From Candidatus Hodarchaeota archaeon (GTDB lineage: Archaea; Asgardarchaeota; Heimdallarchaeia; Hodarchaeales; Hodarchaeaceae): DNA of 64,000 nucleotides. The stretch is from the NCBI GenBank assembly GCA_016839785.1, contig JAEOTQ010000177.1, positions 1 through 64,000 of the forward strand. The letters run 5' to 3'. This document shows positions 19,130 through 28,807 of this stretch, one piece after another. The translations under genes and the position numbers were made by a program. The stretch's first letter is position 1. Each line of letters opens with the position of its first letter. Under the pieces are notes generated by a model that searched no databases, was not told the origin of the DNA, and saw only the letters and a list, made by a program, of their open reading frames with translations.

Positions 19130-20419
19130 ATGTGTAAGGAAGTCATGATTATGACAAAATCAAAGGTGTATTTTACTAATACAGAAGAAATAACAATGGG
19201 AGATTCTCTTATTGATCGATTTGAGAACTTATGGAGTGTTGTTGGATTAAATGAATGGATTAAAAGTGGAGAAATAGTTGCCATTAAAACCCATTTTGGG
19301 GCTCGTAATCAAACCCGTCATCTCAGACCGATGTATATCCGAAAAGCAGTTGATCTTGTAAGACAGGCAGGGGGAACACCATGGGTATGTGAAGGTGTAG
19401 GTGTCGGTTGGGAGTGGCACAATCCTGAATTAGCCATGAGTATAGGGCCAGGTTTTGTCTATCTAGCAAATCGCCATGGGATTAATACGGGGACAATGAA
19501 TGCTCCTGTAGTGATGGATGATGGGATTATGGGGACCGAGGTCTTTCATGTTCATAATGAAAAAGGAAAACATATTCAAAATGTTGCATTAGCACTAGGT
19601 CTTCGTGCTGCTGACAAAGTATTGATTCTATCACGTTTCAAAGGTCATGATGGGGCAGGTTTTGGTGGGGCCTTGAAACAACTTGGGATCGGCTGTGTTG
19701 GAAATGAAGGGAAAGGGGGAGCTCATTTTGGTGGTGGACAAAATATCTATGCTAAAAATCCCGACAATTGTACAGGGTGTAGTGATTGTATACGAATTTG
19801 TCCATATGCGTGTTTATCTCTTGATGAAAACAATAAAATTGTTCATGAGAATGAGAATTGTATAGCTTGTCTCGCATGTTTTGATAAATGTCATCACGGA
19901 AAAGATATGGAGAAAGAGAGAGTATTTGCATTACATCGCAGAATCCCAAGTGTAGAGCAGGTAGAACGAATGATGGATAATGCTGGAGGAGCAGTTAAAG
20001 GAATTGGGGAAGATAGACTCAGATATTTCAACATTGCTATTGATATTACAAGTCATTGTGATTGCATGTCAGCAGGTGGTCATCTCCTTGTTCCCGACCA
20101 GGGAATCCTGTATTCAAAAGATCCTATTGCAATTGATCAAGCAAGTGTAGATCTTGTCACAAAAGCTAAGGGTGTCCCTATGTCACCTGCAGAAACTGGG
20201 ATGAATTCCCCTAGCGGACGAATTGAACCCAATGAAAAGGCGTTGGAACCTGAGCAGCAAAAATTAGGATTGTATAGTCGATTTGTTGATCCTGAATCTC
20301 GACCTATTATTGCAGAAACACAATTAGCTGCCGCTCATTCACAAAGAATAGGTTCGCGTGAATATGAGCTAATTTTAGTTCCCTCTCCCCAACAGAAAAA
20401 GAGTGAAGAGAAAAAATAA
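19130..20419 (+). CDS. DUF362-family Fe-S protein with inserted 2x[4Fe-4S] ferredoxin
   Basis: VAIKTHFG, FKGHDGAGFGGALKQLGIGC, CTGCSDCIRICP, CIACLACFDKC, CDC, DPIAIDQAS. Start may be 19145 or 19151. Confidence 0.88.
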   Translation: MCKEVMIMTKSKVYFTNTEEITMGDSLIDRFENLWSVVGLNEWIKSGEIVAIKTHFGARNQTRHLRPMYIRKAVDLVRQAGGTPWVCEGVGVGWEWHNPELAMSIGPGFVYLANRHGINTGTMNAPVVMDDGIMGTEVFHVHNEKGKHIQNVALALGLRAADKVLILSRFKGHDGAGFGGALKQLGIGCVGNEGKGGAHFGGGQNIYAKNPDNCTGCSDCIRICPYACLSLDENNKIVHENENCIACLACFDKCHHGKDMEKERVFALHRRIPSVEQVERMMDNAGGAVKGIGEDRLRYFNIAIDITSHCDCMSAGGHLLVPDQGILYSKDPIAIDQASVDLVTKAKGVPMSPAETGMNSPSGRIEPNEKALEPEQQKLGLYSRFVDPESRPIIAETQLAAAHSQRIGSREYELILVPSPQQKKSEEKK

Positions 20420-20436
20420 TCTTGAATTTGATATTC

Positions 20437-20916
20437 TTATTTTGAATCTGAACGTGTCAGATACTCTTTCTTCTTTTGTCCTTCATGGATGAACGCGAGT
20501 ACTTCTTCTTCAATTTTTCCTTTTTCCACGACCTCACGGAAAAAGATTAGCCAATCCTCATCAAGTTCCTTTTGTGTTTGACTATCACTATCGCCAATTT
20601 CACACATCCTTTCCCATTCCTCGTTTTCAAGATTATTGAGTTTTAGGAGAAGGGGAAGTACTCCCTTAATCCAGATTTCCAACGCGACCTCGGTATGCTC
20701 GATTGAAAGCATCGTTAATTTGAAATAATGACAAAATTGAAAATACATCATTTTTTCAGTTGCAAGCAATTCTGGTTGTTTTAATGAGGATAAACTATGT
20801 GGAGTCGTTGTTAAACGTGATTTTCGCCTAGTTCGTTTCCGTGAATCGACTTTTTTATCTAATCGTGCAATTTCTTCCAGAAGAGCGTCCAATTTTGCTT
20901 TATCTAAAGGCATCAT
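20437..20916 (-). CDS. Hypothetical protein
   Basis: 159-aa ORF with a basic N-terminal patch; no family recognised. Confidence 0.55.
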   Translation of the reverse strand: MMPLDKAKLDALLEEIARLDKKVDSRKRTRRKSRLTTTPHSLSSLKQPELLATEKMMYFQFCHYFKLTMLSIEHTEVALEIWIKGVLPLLLKLNNLENEEWERMCEIGDSDSQTQKELDEDWLIFFREVVEKGKIEEEVLAFIHEGQKKKEYLTRSDSK

Positions 20917-20955
20917 CTATGGAAAGGAGGAGGAATTGATAAATTTATCCTTTAA

Positions 20956-21783
20956 TTAAACAAAAAGAAAGAGTACTAATAGATGGTAATACTGCTGAAG
21001 CAGTAAAATAATCAGCACACTACCCAGTAATCGAATTTTAGCTTGCTGTAAAACGTGAATATAATAGGATATACTTATTAATTGATATATGAATGTAAAA
21101 ACGATCGCTATTGTAGACGGAATTGAAGCATATATATCTAATGATGGAGTTAGACTTAACAAAGCTACTACCCCAATAAAAAAGGATTCTGGAACCAAGA
21201 TATGCGAGGCAAGCATGATTTGGGGTAATAATCGTCTGTAAATGGTCAAAAAGTATGCATATAATCCTATCAGCCCGACAAAAGTAAAAATTATACTATA
21301 TATGGTAGATACTTGAGGATCGTCTAACGGAACAATGAAAAAACCAATGATACTTGTTTGATGCTCCGTAGCAAGCCAAAGGATCCCTAAGATGTAAATT
21401 AGAAATAAGATGAGTAAACTAATTCTGGGAATCGAATTGATTCGTGAGGAGACAGGGGAATAGATTTTGAGAATCGTTGAAAATCTGTTCTCCTCCAATG
21501 GAGAAAAGCTTCCTCCAATAAATTCAGAGGCTTGTGCTCCCTGAGGTGTAATTTCATATAACTTATCTTCTAACTGTTTAACCAAACCTGATTCTTCTAA
21601 TAATCGCATATGATGATAAAAACTCCCCGCTTTAATATTGAGAGCCTTTGAAAGTTCAGAATATCCCCCCCAACCATGTTTATACAATTCTAGAAGAAGT
21701 GTCCTTCTAATTTTATGATTCAAAGCTTTGATCACAGATTCATTAATCGTCTGTTCCGCTTCTGAGATATCGTTAGTGTCCAC
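20956..21783 (-). CDS. ArsR-type winged-helix protein fused to about 5 TM helices
   Basis: KALNHKIRRTLL...YSELSKALNIKAGSFYHHMRLLEESGLV...YEITPQG, then a hydrophobic C-terminal half. Confidence 0.8.
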   Translation of the reverse strand: MDTNDISEAEQTINESVIKALNHKIRRTLLLELYKHGWGGYSELSKALNIKAGSFYHHMRLLEESGLVKQLEDKLYEITPQGAQASEFIGGSFSPLEENRFSTILKIYSPVSSRINSIPRISLLILFLIYILGILWLATEHQTSIIGFFIVPLDDPQVSTIYSIIFTFVGLIGLYAYFLTIYRRLLPQIMLASHILVPESFFIGVVALLSLTPSLDIYASIPSTIAIVFTFIYQLISISYYIHVLQQAKIRLLGSVLIILLLQQYYHLLVLFLFV

Positions 21784-21847
21784 TTTGAATCACGTTAATT
21801 CTCGTTTGTTGTTCAGAATGTACCAAGTATTACTGATTTTTACCCTA

Positions 21848-22354
21848 TTACACTTGATTCTTTCTGTAGAGCAACCATGCTGTAGGTACCATCAGTGTGG
21901 TAAGTAAGACTACTGGTAGGAGATATTCTTTCTTAGGAATGGCTAATATTGAGAGGATATCTGGTATAACATCTGGTGGAATGAAAGGAAATTCTAGTTT
22001 CGTTATATTTTCAAATGCTAATTTTGGATCATGAATTATTAGATCGCCTTGCTCATAAACTAGATATATCTTCTCGGAATCAGATTCATCGCCCTCGACA
22101 TTACTATTGTAGACTGTTTGATTGATTCCATCAACTAAGGCATACTCATACCATGAGAAAAAGCTAGTAAAATTACCTTTGGACATATCAACCTCTTTTT
22201 CATTAGAAGAATGATTTCGCTCTTCATCTTCAGTCTCTTCGTCGACTTCGAATTCACTCTCAGCTTCTAACTTTGTATAAAGAGCAAGTTTGGATGTAGA
22301 TTCAATAAATGGAAAATTTTCTGTAAAAACCAAGGAAAGCCGTTTTTCAGTCAA
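21848..22354 (-). CDS. Acidic protein with C-terminal TM anchor; probably a 5'-truncated remnant of a larger surface protein
   Basis: No signal peptide, TTG start shortly after an in-frame stop, IIHDPKL motif before a TM helix with a basic tail. Confidence 0.5.
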   Translation of the reverse strand: MTEKRLSLVFTENFPFIESTSKLALYTKLEAESEFEVDEETEDEERNHSSNEKEVDMSKGNFTSFFSWYEYALVDGINQTVYNSNVEGDESDSEKIYLVYEQGDLIIHDPKLAFENITKLEFPFIPPDVIPDILSILAIPKKEYLLPVVLLTTLMVPTAWLLYRKNQV

Positions 22355-22522
22355 GCTTGAGAATTAAATGCGTTTTTCGTAATAAGAAAAGGTATATCAA
22401 AATGAATACTCTAACATATGGTCGCTAAGATAAGAAAAACTGCGATACAAATATATTTTGCCTTATTATGCTGAAGAAATATTAATAAAGAAGAAATAAT
22501 GGCTGGATATTGTCCTAAAGTA

Positions 22523-23050
22523 CTACCGACTTTTCGTGAGCATTGTTTTTGTATACTCAACCAAACCTCCAGCCTTAAAGATTTGAAGAGCTTGATTGTC
22601 AAGTTTGGGAAAGGAAAAAACTTCTTCTTTTATCTTAATTACACCATTATCAAAATCTACCTCTATTTTTTCTTCATCTGATTCTAATAATTCCTTATTT
22701 TTTATAACATAATCTGAACACTCTGGTGAAATAACAAGAGGAAGTGCCTGATTGATAGCATTCCGAAAATAAATACGCGCGAAGGATTTAGCGATAATAC
22801 AACTAATCCCGGCTGCTTGCAAACAGGAAACGGCTTGCTCCCTGCTTGATCCAGCTCCGAAATTGTTGCCAGCAATGATCATATCTCCCCTTTCGACCTC
22901 TTCAACAAATGATTGGTCATAATCCTCCATGGCATGGCGAGCCATTTCTTCAGGGGTAAGTGGTTCGTATGTATAGCGTCCTGGGAAGATTACATCTGTG
23001 TTAATGTCATTTTCAGGAAAAATCCATATTTTATGACTTTTAAATCGCAT
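22523..23050 (-). CDS. Isopropylmalate/homoaconitate dehydratase small subunit (LeuD/HacB)
   Basis: DINTDVIFPGRY, AGNNFGAGSSREQA, AKSFARIYFRNAIN, AGGLVEY. Confidence 0.92.
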   Translation of the reverse strand: MRFKSHKIWIFPENDINTDVIFPGRYTYEPLTPEEMARHAMEDYDQSFVEEVERGDMIIAGNNFGAGSSREQAVSCLQAAGISCIIAKSFARIYFRNAINQALPLVISPECSDYVIKNKELLESDEEKIEVDFDNGVIKIKEEVFSFPKLDNQALQIFKAGGLVEYTKTMLTKSR

Positions 23051-23053
23051 TTC

Positions 23054-24319
23054 TTATACCTCCTCTGCAGTTATATACCCTGCAATTGCAGATTTCGCAA
23101 CTGTTGCTGGACTAGCTAAATAGATACCAGTATCATCTTTACTACCCATCCGACCCTTAAAATTCCTGTTTGCCGATGATATAGCTTTTTCTCCTGAGGC
23201 AATGCATCCGCCATATGCTCCCAAGCAGGGGCCACAAGCAGGAACACCAATTTGACCTCCAGCTGCTACGAGAATCTCTATTATTCCTTGTTTTGTCGCT
23301 TGGAGGAGTACTTCTTGTGAGGCGGGGTATACTAATAATCGAACATTAGGATTAATTGTTTTATCTTTTAAGATATCAGCTGCAATCTCAAGATCATCTA
23401 ATCGTCCATTCGTACATGTTCCAATTAATGCTACATCGATAGAGGTTTTTTCTAAATCTTCGATTGGAACCACATTATCGACTTTATGAGGTTTAGCTAT
23501 ACGAGGGGTTAAGTTTGACACGTCTAATTCCAAAGATTTAATATATTCTGCATCCTCATCTGCAGCTATTCTCTCATATTGAAAACCAAATTGCTTATTC
23601 CATTTATCTGTGACCTTGTCCACAGGAAATATTCCTGCTTTCGCACCCATCTCTGCTGTAAGATTGCTAAGGGTCATTCGTTCGCTGATAGAGAGCTGAC
23701 TTATAGTGGAACCGTAAAATTCAACAGAAAGATAAGTTGCTCCAGATGCTGTTACTTGTCTTATAATTTCTAAAATGATGTCTTTAGCATAAACTTGTAT
23801 TGGTAATGTACCATTCAGATTAATCTTAATAGACTCTGGTACCTTCAACCAGGTCTGTCCAATTGCCCAAACAGACGCAGTTTCGGTTCTACCAATTGGT
23901 ATACCTGCTGCACCGAAGGCACCATGGGTTGTGGTGTGACTATCACTCCCCAAGATTACGACGTTAGGTGGAACATGTCCTTTAGCAGGTAAAACTTCAT
24001 GACAAATCCCCGTACCACCTTCATAAAAATATTTAATGTTTTGCTCTTTTACAAATTGTCTAATTACTTTATGATTTTCGGCTTTCACCGCATCAGGTGG
24101 GGGAACAGCATGATCTAATGCAATAAAAATCTTTTTTGGATCCCAAACCTTTCCTTTGGATCCTACGATCTTATAAAACGTTTTAGAGATAGCTGCAGAG
24201 TTATCATGAGATAAAATCCTGTGGGGTGATACGAATACTATTTCATTTGCGGCAACCCCTTCAGTTTCTTTACCTGAAGCTTTTGCTAAAATTTTTTGGA
24301 TTAATGTTTGACCAGCCAT
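23054..24319 (-). CDS. Isopropylmalate/homoaconitate dehydratase large subunit (LeuC/HacA)
   Basis: DH, GICH, DSHTTTHGA, GTCTNGR, CGPCLG, NRNFKGRMG, YLASPA. Confidence 0.93.
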   Translation of the reverse strand: MAGQTLIQKILAKASGKETEGVAANEIVFVSPHRILSHDNSAAISKTFYKIVGSKGKVWDPKKIFIALDHAVPPPDAVKAENHKVIRQFVKEQNIKYFYEGGTGICHEVLPAKGHVPPNVVILGSDSHTTTHGAFGAAGIPIGRTETASVWAIGQTWLKVPESIKINLNGTLPIQVYAKDIILEIIRQVTASGATYLSVEFYGSTISQLSISERMTLSNLTAEMGAKAGIFPVDKVTDKWNKQFGFQYERIAADEDAEYIKSLELDVSNLTPRIAKPHKVDNVVPIEDLEKTSIDVALIGTCTNGRLDDLEIAADILKDKTINPNVRLLVYPASQEVLLQATKQGIIEILVAAGGQIGVPACGPCLGAYGGCIASGEKAISSANRNFKGRMGSKDDTGIYLASPATVAKSAIAGYITAEEV

Positions 24320-24357
24320 ATTCCTACCTCAAGAAAAGATAAGAAAATGGTAGAGGT

Positions 24358-24651
24358 TTAAGTATTTAGGTTGAAATTTGCCACCATCTCTGAGAAAGTA
24401 TCGGCCAGTTGAGTTAATCTCAGAGTAGAATACGTCATTTGATTCATAAATGCTGTCTGTTCCTCAGTTGCAGCAGCTACCTGCACACAAGACGCACTAA
24501 ATTCTTCAGATTGTGCTGAAAATCCATGAAAAGTATCGTGAATATTTATCATATTTCCACCTATGTTTGTAACTATCCGTTCGATAAGTTCAGAAATATC
24601 TGCGGCAGTAGTTTCAACTGGAACTGTAGATTGAGCCCTAAAACAACACAA
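24358..24651 (-). pseudogene. MCP C-terminal remnant
   Basis: ETTAADIS...IGGN...[21 protein letters not shown] parallels the C-terminal arm of the adjacent MCP. Hairpin tip and N-terminus are missing. Confidence 0.75.
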
Positions 24652-24667
24652 TTCTTTACTGATTTAT

Positions 24668-25834
24668 TCAACTCAGCTTAAAATCAGCAATAATAATATT
24701 TAGAGCATCACTCAAGCGACGTAACTCCTGGGCGGCACCAGTTAGTTCATGCATACTAGCGGTTTGTTCCTCAGTTGCTGCAGCAATTTCTTCACTGGTA
24801 GCACTAAATTCTTCAGATTGCCCAGAAAAATTTTGCATAGTAGTATGTAATTTCGTCACATTCCCTCCAATATCTGTAACCATGTCATCCGTGAATGTAG
24901 ATATATCTGCAGCGTTAGTTTTGGTTTCCTCAGCAAGTCTTCTGACATTGTCTGCGACAACTGCAAATCCTTTACCATACTCTCCCGCACGAGCCGCCTC
25001 AATTGCAGCATTGAGGGCCAAAATATTCGTTTGGCTGGCAATATCTTCAATAACCTGTAACGTTGTTCCGACATTGTGTAGTGAATGATCTATCACTTCT
25101 GACATTTTCTGAACATGATCTATTGCAATGGTTGCTGATTCGGATTGATGTGATGCTGCTTGGCTTATTTGTTGTATCGCAACTGCAATTTCTCCACTCA
25201 GGACGTTAATTTCATTGAAAGTCGCTGAAAATTCTTCGGATGATGTAGATAAATTTACCGCACTACTCTTGATGGTGGTGACAATATCAATTAAGTAATT
25301 TGTCATTTTATCGTATGCTTGTTTTAAATCTCCATATTCTCTTCCATAATGCTGAATTTCTGCGATTTCAATGGTGAGATCACCTTCTGCAAGCTTATGG
25401 GTAATATGTGTAATTTCTTCTAATGGCTGTTTAACAGATTGAACAATTTGTATTAATAAAAAGATCGTTACAAAAGTACCAAGAGGAATTCCTATTACCA
25501 TTATTTGCAATGTGACATTGATCTGATTTAGAAGAAACACAATTGAAACAAGAAAAACAATGAGGGTCAATATTGAAGCAGATAAATTAAAATAGAGACT
25601 GTTCTTTAATCTTAATCTTAAGATAATCAAAAATATAATCATAACTGTTGGCATAAGAAATATGAATATTGTTTCTATAGACAAATTTATTTCACTAGTC
25701 CAGGGCAAAATAAAAGTAGTGGTAGTCCAAGTGACAAGTGTGCTTATAAGTATAAAACCAAATGCGATTATATAGGTCTGTTTCCAGCTCTTAAATTTGA
25801 ACAGAGCTTCAAACAAGCTCGACTGATTCTCCAT
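24668..25834 (-). CDS. Methyl-accepting chemotaxis protein (4 TM, HAMP, short signalling domain)
   Basis: [30 protein letters not shown] tip; HAMP PLEEIT...LAEGDLT...EYGDL; EE methylation pairs. Confidence 0.95.
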   Translation of the reverse strand: MENQSSLFEALFKFKSWKQTYIIAFGFILISTLVTWTTTTFILPWTSEINLSIETIFIFLMPTVMIIFLIILRLRLKNSLYFNLSASILTLIVFLVSIVFLLNQINVTLQIMVIGIPLGTFVTIFLLIQIVQSVKQPLEEITHITHKLAEGDLTIEIAEIQHYGREYGDLKQAYDKMTNYLIDIVTTIKSSAVNLSTSSEEFSATFNEINVLSGEIAVAIQQISQAASHQSESATIAIDHVQKMSEVIDHSLHNVGTTLQVIEDIASQTNILALNAAIEAARAGEYGKGFAVVADNVRRLAEETKTNAADISTFTDDMVTDIGGNVTKLHTTMQNFSGQSEEFSATSEEIAAATEEQTASMHELTGAAQELRRLSDALNIIIADFKLS

Positions 25835-26033
25835 ACAGGATTATCCCACATGCAATTTTTGGAAGTCAGATTATATCAATCCCCTACTGTTAATAAATAG
25901 TCCTTTATCGTGAGAATTAACTTTGCAGATGATGGTTTAATCCATATAATAGTAATCTAAAGATATGAAACGCAGTTTAGCTATTGATAATTATTGAAGA
26001 TGAGAAATTATATGAAGATTAACCTGTGAAAAA

Positions 26034-26339
26034 TTATCTTTCAAGTTTAAACTTAGTAATCGCAATATTGAGATCTTCACTTAATCTACTGAGTTCTTGT
26101 GCTGCTCCTGTCATTTGATGCATTGAAGCAGTCTGTTCTTCTATCGCAGCAGCATATTGCTCGCTAGAGGCACTAAATTCCTCTGATTGGGATGCAAAGC
26201 TCCGTAATGTTTCCTGAAGAGTGACAACACTTCCACCAATATTTCTGACAATTTAATCAGTTAATGTACTGATCCCAGCAGAATTTTCTCTTGTCTCTTC
26301 CGCTAACCTTCAGACATTATCGGATACAACCGCAAAACC
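26034..26339 (-). pseudogene. Second MCP C-terminal remnant with two in-frame stops (absent from the ORF track)
   Basis: Manual translation: [102 protein letters not shown] at 26310-26312, TAA at 26253-26255. Confidence 0.88.
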
Positions 26340-26481
26340 ACATCTCTACACCTACATCCTGTTTGAATATATGATAAGGATTAGGAAAAAATCCTGTAAA
26401 ATTATATATATTATAGCGAGGAATCCCTCTAATCCTTCTTAATAAGATAATTTCCCCAAAAATTTATTTTTTAAAAAGAGA

Positions 26482-27561
26482 TTATTCATGAACTAGACTG
26501 GTTAACAAATACTCAATGAATGGACTATCCCTGTTAATTGTATCAATATCCTCTTGAATAATAAATGAGATTGTTTTTTTTTGAGCAATGCGTCCTTTAG
26601 GTAATCGAGGAATTCTGTTTACAACCGCAATAATTTTAGTATTTCCATTTACCCTTAAACCATGAAGAGTTCGTATATTTTGCGCTGTAAGATTCGATTG
26701 AATTACAAGAATATCATAGGGATCGGATTCATTCCATGTATCGATATTTTTTTGCAGACCATCGTAATCCACACAAAGATATGCTTTAATTTCTCGAGAA
26801 AGTAGAATTTTCCGCAATTTCTCAAAGGCCTGCTCACTTTGACTCAGAACTAGAAGCTTCTTATGATTCTTGTTAAGTGCAGTTGACTTTAAATCTTTTA
26901 ACAGCCGAAATAAAACATCATGAAGTTTCCCTTCTAATATTTCATCTTGTGTAACTGATGATATAACGTCTTCTAAACTAGATATTTTCCTAATTGATCG
27001 TTTCAATACCTCTGGAGTTGAATCTGCAAAAAGTTGCATTCCCCGCCAATATAATTCCTCGATTGATATAATACCTTCCATCGCATTCATGAACATATTT
27101 TGGAATTGCTCCCTTTTAATATCTTCAAGGAGATCTTTATCGGTAAGAAAACCATTTATTTCTCTGGTAAAAGAATTTGTTTCAAGGGACCAATCAAATA
27201 ATAGCTCTTGCATTGTGTTCAGATACTTTTCCGAAAATTTTGTTCCAATAAACTGCAACATAAGTTTGACAGAAAAGGATTGAAGTTTCTCTGTCCCTCC
27301 AGCCAATATAGCAGCAACAATAATTTCTCCTATCGTTTCAAAATACAGCTCATCAGTTCCGAGTTTCAGATACTCAACAGATTGATTTTCAGAGCTTAAA
27401 GATTCAGCAAAATTAGAAAGCCCTGCAACAAGACCAGCAAATAGAAGTTCCTCAATTTGATAATCCGAAAATTCTGCCTGGTAATGATAATGACATAATC
27501 CAATTTTCGATATTATCCATAGATTTTTGATTATCATTATTCTAGTCTTCTTTCGGATCAA
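26482..27561 (-). CDS. Longin-like N-terminal domain fused to a degenerate receiver (REC) domain
   Basis: IKNLWIISKIGLCHYHY...LLFAGLVAGLSNFAESL...YLKLGTDELYFETIGEIIVAAIL...FIGTKFSEKY fits the longin pattern. KKLLVLSQS...YDILVIQSNL...KIIAVV is a REC-like beta/alpha pattern. Confidence 0.65.
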   Translation of the reverse strand: MIRKKTRIMIIKNLWIISKIGLCHYHYQAEFSDYQIEELLFAGLVAGLSNFAESLSSENQSVEYLKLGTDELYFETIGEIIVAAILAGGTEKLQSFSVKLMLQFIGTKFSEKYLNTMQELLFDWSLETNSFTREINGFLTDKDLLEDIKREQFQNMFMNAMEGIISIEELYWRGMQLFADSTPEVLKRSIRKISSLEDVISSVTQDEILEGKLHDVLFRLLKDLKSTALNKNHKKLLVLSQSEQAFEKLRKILLSREIKAYLCVDYDGLQKNIDTWNESDPYDILVIQSNLTAQNIRTLHGLRVNGNTKIIAVVNRIPRLPKGRIAQKKTISFIIQEDIDTINRDSPFIEYLLTSLVHE

Positions 27562-27576
27562 TTAGTGACAGGAAAC

Positions 27577-28773
27577 CTACTCTTTTTTCTTGTAAATACG
27601 ATTTTTTGTGTCAATGATTTCAAATTTTTGCTTGATCGATTGAGGTAGAACCTCACATCGTCCTAGTACTAGATATCCCTTCGATTTCAATGCAGCATGG
27701 AACTGCTTGAAAAAGATTTCACTTTGAGCACGTGAAAAATATATCAATACATTTCGACAGAGAATGAGGTCAAAATCTCGTCCAGGGGGTGGATTTCTTA
27801 GGTCATGCTGTTTAAATGTAACCATGTTTCTTATGCGAGGTAAAAGTTGATAAAGATCAGAATCATTTACATGTTGAAAATATTTAAGAATTTTTAATTT
27901 ATCTACTTCCTCTAAAGACTTATCTGAATATACACCTTTCATAGCTTGTTGAAGTAACCCTTGATTGATGTCTGTGGCAAGAATATAGGGATTTTTAAAC
28001 GTATTTTTCATTTTCAATTCATTTAAGAGAATGGCGATACTATAGGGTTCAGGTCCTACCGCACATCCCGCACTCCAGATTCGAATAGGATTTTTTTTCC
28101 CCAATGATATTTGAGGAATTACATCCCGTTCTAGGGATAAAAATAATTCTTTATCACGAAAGAAACGTGTTACGTTGATGGAGAAATTATCCATTAGGAG
28201 TTTGAATTCATCAGATGATGTTTGCAGTAAATTATGATATCCTTTGTATGTATTCTTACTTACACGCTTCATTCGAGCATGTAACCGTCGAAGAAAATGA
28301 TTTAGCTTATACGCTTGATAATTAATCTTTTTAGCGGATAAAAAATCAAAAATCAACGACAAATTCTTATTATCTGCTGGTAGATCTAGATTTGACTCAA
28401 ATTCTAGTGGGAGAATAACGATTTTTTTCTTCTTTTTCTTAGGTTTTATAGGTGCTTCCGTCACGTAATCCTTCAGAGTTTTTTTTTGTCGAATGAGAGG
28501 AACAAACGATCTATCCTCTTCGTGATAGGCTCGTCCCTTTTCTAGCCATTGAAAAACAGATTCAGAAGTCTGAGGATCAGATTTTAAGCAGTTTAACAAT
28601 TCTTTGAAATTCCGATAACCCATCTTCCTTGCTTGATATCGTAATCGTAGTAGAATTCTTTTCTCATCTTTACGAGTAAATTCGAATTTTTTTTGACGGA
28701 GAAACTCAATTATTTCATACTTACCTTGATCTGATTCCAACTGGATAGAAAATTTATCGTAGTTAATTTGCAT
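27577..28773 (-). CDS. cheR: Chemotaxis methyltransferase CheR with duplicated N-terminal helical domain
   Basis: INVTRFFRD, RIWSAGCAVGPEPYSIA, ATDIN, FDLILCRNVLIYF, GYLVLG. Confidence 0.95.
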   Translation of the reverse strand: MQINYDKFSIQLESDQGKYEIIEFLRQKKFEFTRKDEKRILLRLRYQARKMGYRNFKELLNCLKSDPQTSESVFQWLEKGRAYHEEDRSFVPLIRQKKTLKDYVTEAPIKPKKKKKKIVILPLEFESNLDLPADNKNLSLIFDFLSAKKINYQAYKLNHFLRRLHARMKRVSKNTYKGYHNLLQTSSDEFKLLMDNFSINVTRFFRDKELFLSLERDVIPQISLGKKNPIRIWSAGCAVGPEPYSIAILLNELKMKNTFKNPYILATDINQGLLQQAMKGVYSDKSLEEVDKLKILKYFQHVNDSDLYQLLPRIRNMVTFKQHDLRNPPPGRDFDLILCRNVLIYFSRAQSEIFFKQFHAALKSKGYLVLGRCEVLPQSIKQKFEIIDTKNRIYKKKE

Positions 28774-28807
28774 TGCATCCTGACTTCATAAGTTATTTTA
28801 GTACTAA

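Noticed and set aside
26310-26312. In-frame TGA in the MCP remnant as possible selenocysteine or readthrough
   Set aside because: It aligns to Arg (a CGA->TGA change is likely), a TAA follows in the same frame, and the 5' part of the gene is missing. This is ordinary decay.
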